Positions 24,106 to 34,327 of a stretch of 64,000 nucleotides of DNA are shown piece by piece. Each line of letters opens with the position of its first letter. Position 1 is the first letter of the stretch. The DNA is from an uncultured virus (IMG/VR IMGVR_UViG_3300032087_004917) (Duplodnaviria > Heunggongvirae > Uroviricota > Caudoviricetes), in the IMG/VR virus record IMGVR_UViG_3300032087_004917, one strand, 5' to 3'. Below the pieces are notes generated by a model. The model saw only the letters and a program-made list of their open reading frames with translations, was not told the DNA's origin and made no database searches. The position numbers and the translations under genes were made by a program.

Positions 24106-26600
24106 AACAGTGTCGCCCTTCGTTCGTGATCCCATCCTACCTTTTCCAGAATATTTTTCAACGGCTCAAGAAAAGAAACTGCAAACTGTTTGTTGTAGTC
24201 GGCAAAATCACTAAGTTCAAACTCTGATGGAGCAGTACCGGGAAAAGATATCACCGTGTTATGAAAAGGATTTGGTGCTTTTAGATACAAAAACTTTACT
24301 TTGTCTCCCTCATTCACTTTGTAATACTTGTTTTCAAGTTTCATGTTTTGAAGAAAGTGATTGTAGATCAAAGCACCCTTCACAGCAATCGGCGTGCCTT
24401 TTCTGTAAATATTTGTTGTGTCTTGATATGTGTGCAAGTTATTACACCCACGGGGAAATGCAATCTCCTCTGGCGAATATGTGGAAAACTCTTTCTTAAA
24501 GTTTGCAATAAAATCAATCACCTGATCTTCTGTTCCCGTCAGCACCAACTTGATTGCATCTTTCAACTTTTGTCGAACGACTTGTGGTGTCGATGATCGC
24601 GTGGTTTCGATGCCCATAATCTTCATCTTGGGTTCATCGTATTGCACACCCTCAGAGTTATGCACGTTGAGCATATATCGTTTCTTGGCAGTCCAAACTC
24701 CAACATCGGCAATGACTTCTCGCTCCATCACCATCTTGTTGGAATATGCGTTCATTTTTGCTGCGAGGGTTTCGTAGCATTTGTTGATGAACGGCTCAAT
24801 GACCTCCGTGCAGGACTTGTCAAGAAATCGTACGATCTCCTCTTTGGTTTTGTTTTGAGCAGTAGCCCCAACAAGGTTCCCAAGGCGAAGATAAACAGAG
24901 TCGGTATCACTTGCGACAACATAATCATAGTCTCCTGTGTTTAGTGTTTTATTCAAAAAAGCATTTAGTTTGTTTGCGATATATTGAATCGATAGTTGAC
25001 CCGAGGTCGTGATCGCCTCCGCCAGATTGATATCAAAGTACCGGAAGTATTGATTGCCCATCGCACCATAGGCTGAGTTCAGTTGAATCTTTCTCACCAG
25101 TTGAAAGTTATGATATTTTGAAATCTCAAAGTCCAGACTTTCATCGTCTGGATTCTGTTGCTTTTTCTTCTGGGCTTCGATCATCAACTTCTTGTAGTGT
25201 TTGCGTTCTGCGTAAAACTTCTCCATGAGTTCCGGCATGAAGCCGAGCCGATCTTTGCGGAAGCAAACGCCATTCGCTGCGACCGAAAAGTTTTGCCCTT
25301 TTAGTTTTGTAAGATTCTTTTCACAAAGATCAGTTTCCCCAAGCACACCATCAACATCAATACACGGATTCCTTGGGAACCCATCTGGTTTCATTTTTGT
25401 ATCAGGAGAGATATTGTATTGCATGATAAGATGCGGATACAGACTATTAAGGTCGAAGGACACAACCCAGTCATGCCGACCAGTAATCGGCTCCTTCACA
25501 TATGCACCAATGATTTGATTCTCTTTCTTGCCGCCATTTCTCTTACGAGGAATCACGATATCTTTCGCACGCAAATGGTGATAGATGATCTGATCCCAAG
25601 TTCGAACCTGAGAAAACACATCGGCAAGATTGACCTTTGCCGTGTACGCCAAGGCAAGTGCCAGTTCAAGAAGACCAAGTTTCTTTTCAAGTTTTTCGAT
25701 CAGACGAACATCTTGAACATTGTATTCAACGAATCTCTGAAAGTCGTTAGTGTAAAAGTCTTTGAAGTGATCAAAGCCACTCTCCAACTTTCTTTCCCCA
25801 AGTTCAACAAAAGCGATGTGATCCAACTTGTAAGACTCTTGGTTCACATAAGTAAATTTTTGATACAAGTCAAAGTAGTCAAGGATGGTGATGCCAACCA
25901 TCTCATACGCGATGCGATCACCCGCTTGTGTTTGGATATCTCTCTTACGAACCCAACGCCACGGAGAAAGTTCCTGCGCACGCCGCTCAATAATTCTGTC
26001 CATGCGACAGAAGAGATATGGGATATCAAAAAACTTTACGTTCCAGCCCGTGACAATATCAGGATCAACCTCTTTCCAGACCTCAAGAAAATCAAGCAAA
26101 AGAGATCTTTCATCATCAAACTTTCGGGCATCAATACTTTCGTCGAGTTCAAACTCACCCAAGCCAAACACATAAGTTTTTCCGTCAACGACTAACGTGA
26201 TCACATTCACTGTTTCGTTTGGATTTGTGACTTGAGGGAAACCATACTCACTGGTGGTTTCAATATCAAGATATGCGACTTTGACAGTTTTCTTATCGTA
26301 GTTTACCTCATCTGGAAACTTGTCACCGATAAACTGGTAAATGTAATCTGTGTTGCCGTAGATCTGGAATCCCGTGACACTTTCATGACGATCAATAAAG
26401 TCTCTACAATCGGACATCAATCCCGGCTTGATTGGCTCGACCGAATGACCGTGAAGAGTGTGATATTTTGATGATTTGTTGGATGAGACAAAAAGAGTGG
26501 GGTGATAATCGATACCACCCTCAACTCTTTTGCCATTCTCATATCCTCGATAGAGGATCTTCTCTCCACGAATATTTACATTTGTGTAGAACCGACTCAT
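24102..26600 (-). CDS. gp43: family B DNA polymerase (T4 gp43)
   Basis: DIET exonuclease motif, FDLNSLYP, KIQLNSAYG, SDTDS, KKRY. Confidence 0.98.
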   Translation of the reverse strand: MSRFYTNVNIRGEKILYRGYENGKRVEGGIDYHPTLFVSSNKSSKYHTLHGHSVEPIKPGLMSDCRDFIDRHESVTGFQIYGNTDYIYQFIGDKFPDEVNYDKKTVKVAYLDIETTSEYGFPQVTNPNETVNVITLVVDGKTYVFGLGEFELDESIDARKFDDERSLLLDFLEVWKEVDPDIVTGWNVKFFDIPYLFCRMDRIIERRAQELSPWRWVRKRDIQTQAGDRIAYEMVGITILDYFDLYQKFTYVNQESYKLDHIAFVELGERKLESGFDHFKDFYTNDFQRFVEYNVQDVRLIEKLEKKLGLLELALALAYTAKVNLADVFSQVRTWDQIIYHHLRAKDIVIPRKRNGGKKENQIIGAYVKEPITGRHDWVVSFDLNSLYPHLIMQYNISPDTKMKPDGFPRNPCIDVDGVLGETDLCEKNLTKLKGQNFSVAANGVCFRKDRLGFMPELMEKFYAERKHYKKLMIEAQKKKQQNPDDESLDFEISKYHNFQLVRKIQLNSAYGAMGNQYFRYFDINLAEAITTSGQLSIQYIANKLNAFLNKTLNTGDYDYVVASDTDSVYLRLGNLVGATAQNKTKEEIVRFLDKSCTEVIEPFINKCYETLAAKMNAYSNKMVMEREVIADVGVWTAKKRYMLNVHNSEGVQYDEPKMKIMGIETTRSSTPQVVRQKLKDAIKLVLTGTEDQVIDFIANFKKEFSTYSPEEIAFPRGCNNLHTYQDTTNIYRKGTPIAVKGALIYNHFLQNMKLENKYYKVNEGDKVKFLYLKAPNPFHNTVISFPGTAPSEFELSDFADYNKQFAVSFLEPLKNILEKVGWDHERRATLF

Positions 26601-26606
26601 ACGAGT

Positions 26607-26634
26607 ATTCTACCTCCACATGGGTCAAAGTCAA
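26607..26634 (-). promoter_or_regulatory. sigma70-type promoter TTGACT-N16-TAGAAT-N6-ATG (leaderless) for gp43
   Basis: -35 at 26629-26634, -10 at 26607-26612, ATG at 26600. Confidence 0.7.
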
Positions 26635-26951
26635 TCAGATTCTTTGTCCCCGACATAAGATGAAAGAAGCACCATGTAATTAATAATATCAACACAGGAG
26701 TCATGAAAAGATTCATTTTCAACATGCATGGTTCCAGATTCAATAAAAGAACTCATTCTTGATAATTTATCAACAATCCGAACAAGGAATCCTTGCTCCG
26801 TAGTGCAGACACCCATTGCCTCACAACGAGTAAAGTTTGCGAAAGGCTCAGTGCCACCATTGCCTGCATAATCTTTATTTTTTAATTCCATGAGATTACG
26901 GGCTTCTTGACAAATAGTTTCATGATTTTTTAGCAATTCATCGCGGGTCAT
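26631..26951 (-). CDS. DUF1599 / nucleotide-modification-associated domain protein
   Basis: KNKDYAG..PFANF..GFLVRIVDKLSR..DSCVDIINY. Confidence 0.7.
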   Translation of the reverse strand: MTRDELLKNHETICQEARNLMELKNKDYAGNGGTEPFANFTRCEAMGVCTTEQGFLVRIVDKLSRMSSFIESGTMHVENESFHDSCVDIINYMVLLSSYVGDKESD

Positions 26952-27994
26952 TTAAGATTCCTTTTTTGTTGTTTCAAGTCACTGTCATACATTTTGTGTG
27001 CCAACTTAGTCACATCAACTTTCGGATACCATCCAAGTTTGATTTCTGCCTTTGAAGAGTCGCCCAAAAGGTAGGGGACTTCATGGGGTCGCATAAAACG
27101 AGGATCAATTTCTAGATACAAATTGTAATCACCCAAGCCAGCGTAGTAAAAAGTTGCTTCCAAAAAGTCTCTGACTGTTGTTGTTTTACCAGTGGCAATC
27201 ACATAATCGTCCGGCTCATCTTGTTGAAGCATCAACCACATTGCCTCAACATAATCACCTGCATATCCCCAATCGCGGTATGCATCAAGATTACCCAATG
27301 CAATCTTTTCTTGAAGACCAAGTTTGATTCTTGCCGCTGCTGTCGTGATTTTTCTTGTCACAAAGGTTTCGCCGCGTCTTTCTGATTCGTGATTGAACAG
27401 GATTCCACAAGAGCCGTGAACACCATAAGAGTGGCGATAGTTTCTAACCAAGTTGTGTGCGAACAACTTTGCACAAGCGTAAGGTGAAGCGGGTGTCATT
27501 CTTGACGTTTCCGTGTAGCCTGTTTTGGGGCAAGGTGCATCACCATACATCTCTGATGATGATGCCTGATAGAAACGACAGTTTGGAACGAGCGAACGAA
27601 TAGCCTCAAGAATGTGCAGTGTGCCAATTGTGATCCCGTGGATCGTATCTTCGGGGACATCAAAAGAAACCTTCACATGAGACTGAGCCGCAAGATTGTA
27701 AAACTCATCTGGCTGATATTTTGAAATAAGTCTCCACGTTGAAGAGGCATCACTAAGGTCGTGATACTCTAGAATGAAGTTTGGATTTGCAGGGAACAGA
27801 TGATCCACGCGATCAGTATTAATCAAACTCGTCCGTCTTTTCAGACCCACAACGGTATAGCCTTTTCTTAGCAATAACTCTGCAAGGTAAGATCCATCTT
27901 GTCCACAAACACCACTAATGATTGCAGTTTTTTGAAGACCTCTTTCTTTTTTCCACAGTTTCCCGCCAACTTTTCCGTGATTAATTTCAACCAT
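26948..27994 (-). CDS. gmd: GDP-mannose 4,6-dehydratase
   Basis: GVCGQDGSYL, NLAAQSHV, QASSSE, SPYACAK, FNHES, FVTRKI, RDWG. Confidence 0.96.
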   Translation of the reverse strand: MVEINHGKVGGKLWKKERGLQKTAIISGVCGQDGSYLAELLLRKGYTVVGLKRRTSLINTDRVDHLFPANPNFILEYHDLSDASSTWRLISKYQPDEFYNLAAQSHVKVSFDVPEDTIHGITIGTLHILEAIRSLVPNCRFYQASSSEMYGDAPCPKTGYTETSRMTPASPYACAKLFAHNLVRNYRHSYGVHGSCGILFNHESERRGETFVTRKITTAAARIKLGLQEKIALGNLDAYRDWGYAGDYVEAMWLMLQQDEPDDYVIATGKTTTVRDFLEATFYYAGLGDYNLYLEIDPRFMRPHEVPYLLGDSSKAEIKLGWYPKVDVTKLAHKMYDSDLKQQKRNLK

Positions 27995-29175
27995 TACTGT
28001 TCACCCCTTTCCCATGCATTTAGTCTTTCAACCAACCAAGTCACATCTCCGACATCAACTGCATGATTGTTTCCAATGTAGAAACCGTTTTGATGAATCA
28101 CCTTTGCATTCTTGTCGTGTCGATATTGATTCACTCGATCCATAAACGGATGTTCATAAAGATTACCCGCGATGATCGGTCGTGTTTCAACACCTTGTGA
28201 CTCAAGATACTTTCTCAGTGCGAGTGTGTCCTCTCGCGTTGACTTGGTGATCACAGGAAAACAGAAACTACTGTTGCCCTCAAGTTTGAAGTCTGTGTAA
28301 AACTTATCTTTGCTCAGACCGTTCGCAAACACATCGAAGTTTTTTCTACGAGTGTCATTGTGTTTGTCGAGTTGCTTCAATTGCATTTGTCCAAGAACTG
28401 CGTTGAAGTCAGTTGACCTCATGTTGTAACCCGGAACCATGAAGGTAAAGTTTTCATCAACCTTTTGATCTTTATACTTTACCTGCATATATGGGGGCAA
28501 CTCTCTTAGCAATCCGTGTGAGCGAATCAAAAGAAGTTTTTCATAAACTTCCTCATCATCCGTGCAAACCATACCACCCTCAATCGTGGTCATATGATGA
28601 CCATAGTAGAAGGAAAAGGATGAAGCCCGCCCGAAGTTGCCAATCTTTTTACCACTGAAAGTTGCACCATGAGATTCACAACAGTCTTCAAGAATCGTGA
28701 TATTGTTTTCATCACAAAGGTGAATGAGTTCATCGCTCATGGAGTTGAAGCCAAGGAGGTGTGCAAGGAAAAGAAACTTGGGTCTTGCTCCAAAGGATCT
28801 TTTGTGTTGATATAAAATTTCCTTGAAACTATCGAGGCAAAGGTTCATGCTTGGGATGGTGACATCACATAGTTGAAGTGCCTGACCTGCCATCATGATT
28901 GGAGAAACGGTGGTTGCCCATGTCGTAGACGGTGCAAGCCAGAGGTGATTCGTATCACTATGCAATTCTTTCATAGCCTGCACGATCAAAAAGTTTGCCG
29001 ATGAGCCAGAGTTACAAAACACAGAATACTTACAGCCTTGCCACTCACTCCATTGCTCTTCGAATCTACGAACTTCATCACCCTGAGAAAAACGATCTGC
29101 CATCAAAACAAAATCTGAAAGACGTTGCCTCTGGGCAGGTGTAATCGCATTGTTCATTAGTTTCCAAGACTTCAT
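27994..29175 (-). CDS. colD: GDP-4-keto-6-deoxymannose 3-dehydratase (ColD-like, DegT/DnrJ fold)
   Basis: CNSGSSAN, EDCCESHGA, SFYYGHHMTTIEGG (His in place of the PLP Lys); no Fe-S Cys cluster; located between gmd and fcl. Confidence 0.8.
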   Translation of the reverse strand: MKSWKLMNNAITPAQRQRLSDFVLMADRFSQGDEVRRFEEQWSEWQGCKYSVFCNSGSSANFLIVQAMKELHSDTNHLWLAPSTTWATTVSPIMMAGQALQLCDVTIPSMNLCLDSFKEILYQHKRSFGARPKFLFLAHLLGFNSMSDELIHLCDENNITILEDCCESHGATFSGKKIGNFGRASSFSFYYGHHMTTIEGGMVCTDDEEVYEKLLLIRSHGLLRELPPYMQVKYKDQKVDENFTFMVPGYNMRSTDFNAVLGQMQLKQLDKHNDTRRKNFDVFANGLSKDKFYTDFKLEGNSSFCFPVITKSTREDTLALRKYLESQGVETRPIIAGNLYEHPFMDRVNQYRHDKNAKVIHQNGFYIGNNHAVDVGDVTWLVERLNAWERGEQ

Positions 29176-30089
29176 TTTCTGACATCTCCGTAATTTTTTC
29201 TAAACCATTCAACCGTTTCCTTGATACCACTTTCAAGCGGTGTAAATTCAAAATCTGGCAAAAGGCTTTTGAACTTTGAGTTATCTGATGGCTTTCTGTG
29301 CTGACCTTTTGGCTTTGATGAATCGTACACGATACTTCCACTTAAGTCAAACGCTTTTGTAATAGACTCAACCGCTTCTGCGATTGAATGTTCTTTGTCA
29401 GGTGAAACAATTAGTGCTTCATCATCGTCGTAGTTTTCCAAAGTCCAATCAATAATTTTACCCAAGTCTTTGTTGTAAATAAACTCACGCAGAGCAAGTC
29501 CATCACCCCAAACTTCAAGATCACCTTCATATTGTTTTGCAATATAGCATTTGTGAATCAAACCGGGAATGACATGTGAACTTTTAAGATTATAGTTGTC
29601 ACCGATACCGTAGACATTACACGGAACGATGTTTACAATTTTCATTCCATATTGATCTCGATAGGAACGTGCATTGATTTCCGTCATACGTTTTGCATAG
29701 CCGTAACCGTAGTTTGACGGATGTGGTTCGCCCATGTGGATTTGATCTGTTGTCAGTGGGTATGTCGCCTTGTCTGGAAAGATGCAGGTGGACAACAAGC
29801 AAACCATTTTTTCAACACCGCACAAACGGGATGCCTCGATAATGTTTAGAGTCATCTGCATGTTTTCGTAGAAAAACTCACCCAACTTGTCCATGTTCTC
29901 TTGGACACCACCGACTCTCGCTGCACAATGAACAACATTTTTAATCTTATTGTCCCTCATGTATTCAAGAGTTTGATCAAAGTTTAGCAAGTCAACTTCG
30001 GATGATCTGGGTCTGTGCTTTCCTTTTACACAAGAACCAACCAAACCATTACCGCCGGTAATAAAAATACTTTCCTCTGGAATACTCAC
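29172..30089 (-). CDS. fcl: GDP-L-fucose/GDP-colitose synthase (Fcl/ColC)
   Basis: TGGNGLVG, AARVGG, STCIFP, YGYAKR, SHVIPGLI, REFIY; likely GTG start. Confidence 0.92.
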   Translation of the reverse strand: MSIPEESIFITGGNGLVGSCVKGKHRPRSSEVDLLNFDQTLEYMRDNKIKNVVHCAARVGGVQENMDKLGEFFYENMQMTLNIIEASRLCGVEKMVCLLSTCIFPDKATYPLTTDQIHMGEPHPSNYGYGYAKRMTEINARSYRDQYGMKIVNIVPCNVYGIGDNYNLKSSHVIPGLIHKCYIAKQYEGDLEVWGDGLALREFIYNKDLGKIIDWTLENYDDDEALIVSPDKEHSIAEAVESITKAFDLSGSIVYDSSKPKGQHRKPSDNSKFKSLLPDFEFTPLESGIKETVEWFRKNYGDVRK

Positions 30090-30889
30090 AGAACCCTCCA
30101 ATCATCTCGATAAATGCTTTCATAATTTACGATAGAGTTTGGCATGAACCACTCTTTTGGTGCAAATGTTTTTTTCTCTTTGCCAAGATATGATCCCCAC
30201 CATGAAAAAGAACTGTTTGCCATGATAACCTCATCACACATTGACATGAGATACATCTCAAATACCTCATCATCGTTTGGGAAAATCATATTTTTTTCTG
30301 GGAAGTTCGACGCGAACCACTCAGTGGCAAAGTCAACGTCATTACTCATCACAAAAAATGTTTCGGCGTTGGACTCATTTACTGCGTCTTGGTAGTAATT
30401 AGTTTCCACTAGATTGACAAAAACATCCTTGTAGTTGAGGTAGTCCCCTCGCCGCATGTGAATAGAGCAACAGGGTTTAGATAACTCCTCTCCATATTTT
30501 TCTTTGATTCTTTTTTCAGTTTGTGGATCAACAGAAAATAATTCTTTGATTTCACTAGCACAATCTTTAAAATAATGCTCAGACTGCCAATATCCATCAA
30601 ACATAAACTGCTCTAGACCATCGGGGATGTCCATCAATTGAAAGTCAGTTTCGTTTTGTTTGACATGCCTTCCTTCAAAATCGGCAATCATTCCAGAGGT
30701 ATCAAGATTCCTAAAAACAGTTTCAAGGTAAGGACCGCAAACATTGGTTTGTCTTAGTTCAGGAAAAACTGGCTTCAAATTGTTTCTCTTGGCATAAGCA
30801 TACGCCATAGAAATTTGAAACATTTGATTCGCCAATCCAAAATGATCTGGATAAACTCCTCTTTTCAATCTTCCCACGATTTTTTTCAT
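30086..30889 (-). CDS. GT11 alpha-1,2-fucosyl/colitosyltransferase
   Basis: GLANQMFQ, GYWQSE.YF, HMRRGDY, ANSSFSWWG. Confidence 0.93.
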   Translation of the reverse strand: MKKIVGRLKRGVYPDHFGLANQMFQISMAYAYAKRNNLKPVFPELRQTNVCGPYLETVFRNLDTSGMIADFEGRHVKQNETDFQLMDIPDGLEQFMFDGYWQSEHYFKDCASEIKELFSVDPQTEKRIKEKYGEELSKPCCSIHMRRGDYLNYKDVFVNLVETNYYQDAVNESNAETFFVMSNDVDFATEWFASNFPEKNMIFPNDDEVFEMYLMSMCDEVIMANSSFSWWGSYLGKEKKTFAPKEWFMPNSIVNYESIYRDDWRVL

Positions 30890-31350
30890 TCGACACCTGT
30901 GCTTCCGAAACCACCTTGTCTATTTGTTTTTTCTTTTGGTGCTTCATCAATTTCAGTAAAGTCGGTGGAAAGGTTTTTCACAAGTTCACACTGGGCAACT
31001 CTTTCACCGTCCCGAATGTGAAAGATTTTATCCGTATTGTTGACCATTGGCACAAAAACTTCTTCGACGTAATCAGAGTCGATGATGCCCTCGGAGACAG
31101 ACAAGCCAATCCCTTTTTTAGCAGCCATTCCAGATCGCGTGTGAATACGAACAGAATAACCATGGGGGATGTCCATGATCAATCCTGTGGGAACAAGCAC
31201 TCGCTCTCTTGGATTCAATTTTAGTGGTTCATCAACGCAGGCATACAGATCGTAGCAAGCCGATCCCGGTGTCGCTTGATGAGGAAGTTTTGCTTTTTCA
31301 AAAACTTTAAAACACCCAACTTTTTGGGGAAATCTAATCGCTGTGTTCAT
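30886..31350 (-). CDS. dut: trimeric dUTPase
   Basis: SACYDL, RSG, GIIDSDY, AQ, RQGGFGSTG. Confidence 0.95.
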   Translation of the reverse strand: MNTAIRFPQKVGCFKVFEKAKLPHQATPGSACYDLYACVDEPLKLNPRERVLVPTGLIMDIPHGYSVRIHTRSGMAAKKGIGLSVSEGIIDSDYVEEVFVPMVNNTDKIFHIRDGERVAQCELVKNLSTDFTEIDEAPKEKTNRQGGFGSTGVE

Positions 31351-31364
31351 AATAAAAATAATCC

Positions 31365-31589
31365 TTAAACTTGAAGAGTTTCTTTTGTGTCAGGACTCTT
31401 CTGAATAATTATAGTCTGTGGTTCCTCTAAGTAAACTGTAATCTTTGAGTGATTTGATTTTTGTATTGTTAGATTTTCTTGATCACCACTCACCACGACA
31501 TCAACAGGATCTTCTATCTCCAAAACATTGTTTGAGTTTAGTCCTGTGATCGTGGGATCAACTGGAGTGTCCACACTCAACAAATTCAT
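31365..31589 (-). CDS. hypothetical protein (virion-associated?)
   Basis: ATGA overlap with the upstream gene. Confidence 0.55.
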   Translation of the reverse strand: MNLLSVDTPVDPTITGLNSNNVLEIEDPVDVVVSGDQENLTIQKSNHSKITVYLEEPQTIIIQKSPDTKETLQV

Positions 31590-32044
31590 CGCGTCACATT
31601 TTCTCTTGCTTGGAAACGACCTTCGATCAACCTCGTAACCGTATCACCCGTGATCAATTCCAAATCATAAAAGTTTCTACCAGACGGAAGATTCGCAGAT
31701 GTCACAGGATCAAATTGAATAAAAATACCACCCGATGTTCCGGTCGCACCTGTAGAGGATGCGTTCAGTTTGATGTCACCTGTGCCTCCAACGCCAGAGC
31801 CGATTGTAAACTCTCCGGTGGAACCACCCCCAGTCACTCCGCCACTATGAACCACTCCACTGACTCCGTTCATGGTCGCACCAGTAATAAAAAGGGCAAC
31901 GCCAGAGTCGTTTGGACTGCGACGAACTTGCATCCTCGCAGTGTAGTTGTTGAGGTCAATCACCGATCCAGATGAATCTTTATACAAAGCAAAAAGTTTA
32001 AAAGTTGTGCCTTTATCGTGACTGATAGTGTATTCGGTAGCCAT
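31586..32044 (-). CDS. BppU-like / virion accessory protein
   Basis: GTTF..IDL..YTARMQVR..YDLEL..VTRLIEG..VTR pattern; late promoter upstream. Confidence 0.6.
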   Translation of the reverse strand: MATEYTISHDKGTTFKLFALYKDSSGSVIDLNNYTARMQVRRSPNDSGVALFITGATMNGVSGVVHSGGVTGGGSTGEFTIGSGVGGTGDIKLNASSTGATGTSGGIFIQFDPVTSANLPSGRNFYDLELITGDTVTRLIEGRFQARENVTR

Positions 32045-32059
32045 GTGATTCTCCTACCC

Positions 32060-32067
32060 TATTTAGG
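32060..32067 (-). promoter_or_regulatory. late promoter CCTAAATA
   Basis: TAAATA core, then AGGAG SD and ATG32044. Confidence 0.65.
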
Positions 32068-33226
32068 AAACTGAAACAAACTCAAAGTCTTCGTTTTGAA
32101 TCGCACCGAGATTCATACTGCCTGCTCCGGCTTTCTTGTAAAGTGCAGAGTCTCTGCGAATCCGATAGTCTTGGTTTGCATAATCTACAAAATCTGTTGT
32201 TGCAACTGCGGTGACTGTAAAAAGATTTTCGTATTCATCAAGGTTCTGAAAGTTTCCAGATGTTGCATCGCCAATACCAATCTGTGAACCGAGCAGTCTA
32301 TCATCATCGTTTGCATTCGCAGTAACGGCAAAGCCACCAACATCGTAAATAATATTATTTTCCACCAACACACCACCTTGAGTTTGAGCAGCGGCATCAG
32401 AGTCAATACCGTTTCCACCCATACGAGTGATTGTGTTACCGAAGAATGTTCCGTTTCTACCCTCTGATGTTGACAAGTCAGCGATGCCGTTGCCGTGTAG
32501 ATTGTCAATCACGCAGTTTATAATGATTGGTGAAATGGTATCGCACTTGACACCGTTTCCGTTTCCACTACCCGATGTTCCTGATCCGTAGAGTCGGCAG
32601 TTGATGAGCGTGCTGTAATGTGTTCCACCATTATTGACCATATTATCTAACTTAGTTCCACCTGCGACAAACTCACACATTACACATTTTGCACCAAAGT
32701 TGGAGTGAACCCGTGCGTTGTTGTTGCTCGCACTTGCATTTGCACCAAACTTCATAAACAATCCGTGATGAAAGTTGCGAAGAGATTCTGCAAAGGTAGA
32801 GTTGAGAACACCACCCTGATTGTATGATGTGCTTGTGTTTTCTAAATACAAACATTTGTAAACCGTGGATGTTCCAGCAGCATCAAAAATCGTGCCGTTA
32901 TTCGTTCGGATGATTTTTGGATAGTCAGTCGTGTCAAGATGTGACTGTGAATCATCGGACCACTTTGGCTCAAGAAGATTACCGCTTGCATCTGCACCGA
33001 CCCAGAAGTGTGGATTGTCTGCGTTCGGGTCGGTGGATGACGGAACCAACTCTGCGGTTACGGTGTAGGTTCCGGCAAGAAAAATCCAACGAGTGTTTTG
33101 TCTTGTCTCTGCAATGATATCGGATGTCCACGAAGTTCCCGTGATTGCTGCTTTTGCGTTTGCAGCAGATGACCCGTCCTGTAAGCCTGCTCCCGATGGT
33201 GAATAGTAAACGTCAGTGAGTGCCAT
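32063..33226 (-). CDS. right-handed beta-helix protein (tail fibre/spike-like)
   Basis: YYSPSGAG..DGSS..NA start; repeating NG-I/NN-I rungs; DYRI..S...AG...GA end motif. Confidence 0.7.
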   Translation of the reverse strand: MALTDVYYSPSGAGLQDGSSAANAKAAITGTSWTSDIIAETRQNTRWIFLAGTYTVTAELVPSSTDPNADNPHFWVGADASGNLLEPKWSDDSQSHLDTTDYPKIIRTNNGTIFDAAGTSTVYKCLYLENTSTSYNQGGVLNSTFAESLRNFHHGLFMKFGANASASNNNARVHSNFGAKCVMCEFVAGGTKLDNMVNNGGTHYSTLINCRLYGSGTSGSGNGNGVKCDTISPIIINCVIDNLHGNGIADLSTSEGRNGTFFGNTITRMGGNGIDSDAAAQTQGGVLVENNIIYDVGGFAVTANANDDDRLLGSQIGIGDATSGNFQNLDEYENLFTVTAVATTDFVDYANQDYRIRRDSALYKKAGAGSMNLGAIQNEDFEFVSVS

Positions 33227-33229
33227 TCA

Positions 33230-34327
33230 TTACCTCGTTTCGTAAGTTACAAACATTTGTGCCTGTGTAGAGCCAGAGGCGTTACTAATAACATCAAAGA
33301 ACAAAAACCCACCAGCCGTGACCGATGTGTTATTGAGTAGGGTGGATGATCCTGTAGTGCCTTCAATTCCTAGCGTTCCACCAGTCAACGAACTTGTGGC
33401 TGGATTCCCAAAATCAGGTCCGGCGATAATTGCACCTGCCGTGAATCCACCAGAGCCATTCACCTTCACATCAATATTTGTAAGTGTTGCGTTATAGGGG
33501 AACCTATGCAATGAATCTGTTTTTTGTCCGGTTGCAATAGCCGACGAAGCAGAGATTGTAAATGTTGCAACACCATTCGCCACACCCAAGACATCACCAG
33601 TGGCTCCGTTGAAAGATTTTACGGTAAATTTACTAAGTTTTATAAACTCCATAGGAGTATCACCTGAAAATACCGTAAGATTGCTTTCATTGACAAGAAG
33701 GGAGGGGTCCGTAGAATCGCCCCCTGCACCGCCAGCCGCCAATATTTCGGTTGGGAATGAATAAGTTAGTGGTTCAAACGGTCCAGAACCAAAGCCCGAT
33801 CCGGGCTTTCCTATCTTAAATGTATTTGTCGTGCTAATGTTGGCAAGACCACCATGTGAAGTAATTCCACCTGACGCAGAGATACCAGCAACTTGTATTG
33901 TGAGATCAGTTGTGCTGACTGCACCAGTAAGACCGTTGAAAGAGTTTACACCTTCAATATTACCAGTGGCTCCATTGAAAGTATTTACACCCTCAACCGC
34001 CCCGGTTGCTCCATTGAAAGATGCAACAAACTCATCAACGGGACCAGTTGCCCCTGTCGCACCAACGGCTCCAGTAGCACCAGTGGCTCCCGTAGATCCA
34101 GTCGATCCTGTCGATCCAGTCGATCCGGTGGCTCCTGTGTCACCAGTAGATCCTGTAGATCCTGTATCACCAGTGGAGCCTGTCGTGCCTGTTGCACCAG
34201 TCAATCCAAGCGGCAAAAGATTAAAGACTGTGCCATTCCACTCCCAAACCTTCGTGCCTACACCAAAGGTGGAGCCGACTGTCGGAGTTGATGCAGTTGT
34301 GCCAGAAGTAGGAAACTTAAAGGACAT
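33230..34327 (-). CDS. collagen-like (G-x-T) fibre protein
   Basis: FP..PTVG..WEWNG N-terminus, ~19 Gly-X-Y (mostly G-x-T) triplets, four VxxFNGxTG repeats. Confidence 0.85.
   Translation of the reverse strand: MSFKFPTSGTTASTPTVGSTFGVGTKVWEWNGTVFNLLPLGLTGATGTTGSTGDTGSTGSTGDTGATGSTGSTGSTGSTGATGATGAVGATGATGPVDEFVASFNGATGAVEGVNTFNGATGNIEGVNSFNGLTGAVSTTDLTIQVAGISASGGITSHGGLANISTTNTFKIGKPGSGFGSGPFEPLTYSFPTEILAAGGAGGDSTDPSLLVNESNLTVFSGDTPMEFIKLSKFTVKSFNGATGDVLGVANGVATFTISASSAIATGQKTDSLHRFPYNATLTNIDVKVNGSGGFTAGAIIAGPDFGNPATSSLTGGTLGIEGTTGSSTLLNNTSVTAGGFLFFDVISNASGSTQAQMFVTYETR
34037..34207 (-). repeat. 9-bp tandem coding repeat (G-x-T triplets)
   Basis: ccagtcgat/cctgtcgat/ccagtagat/cctgtagat units on the + strand. 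Confidence 0.85.

Noticed and set aside
25419..26195. 258-aa plus-strand ORF
   Set aside because: Antisense shadow of the DNA polymerase
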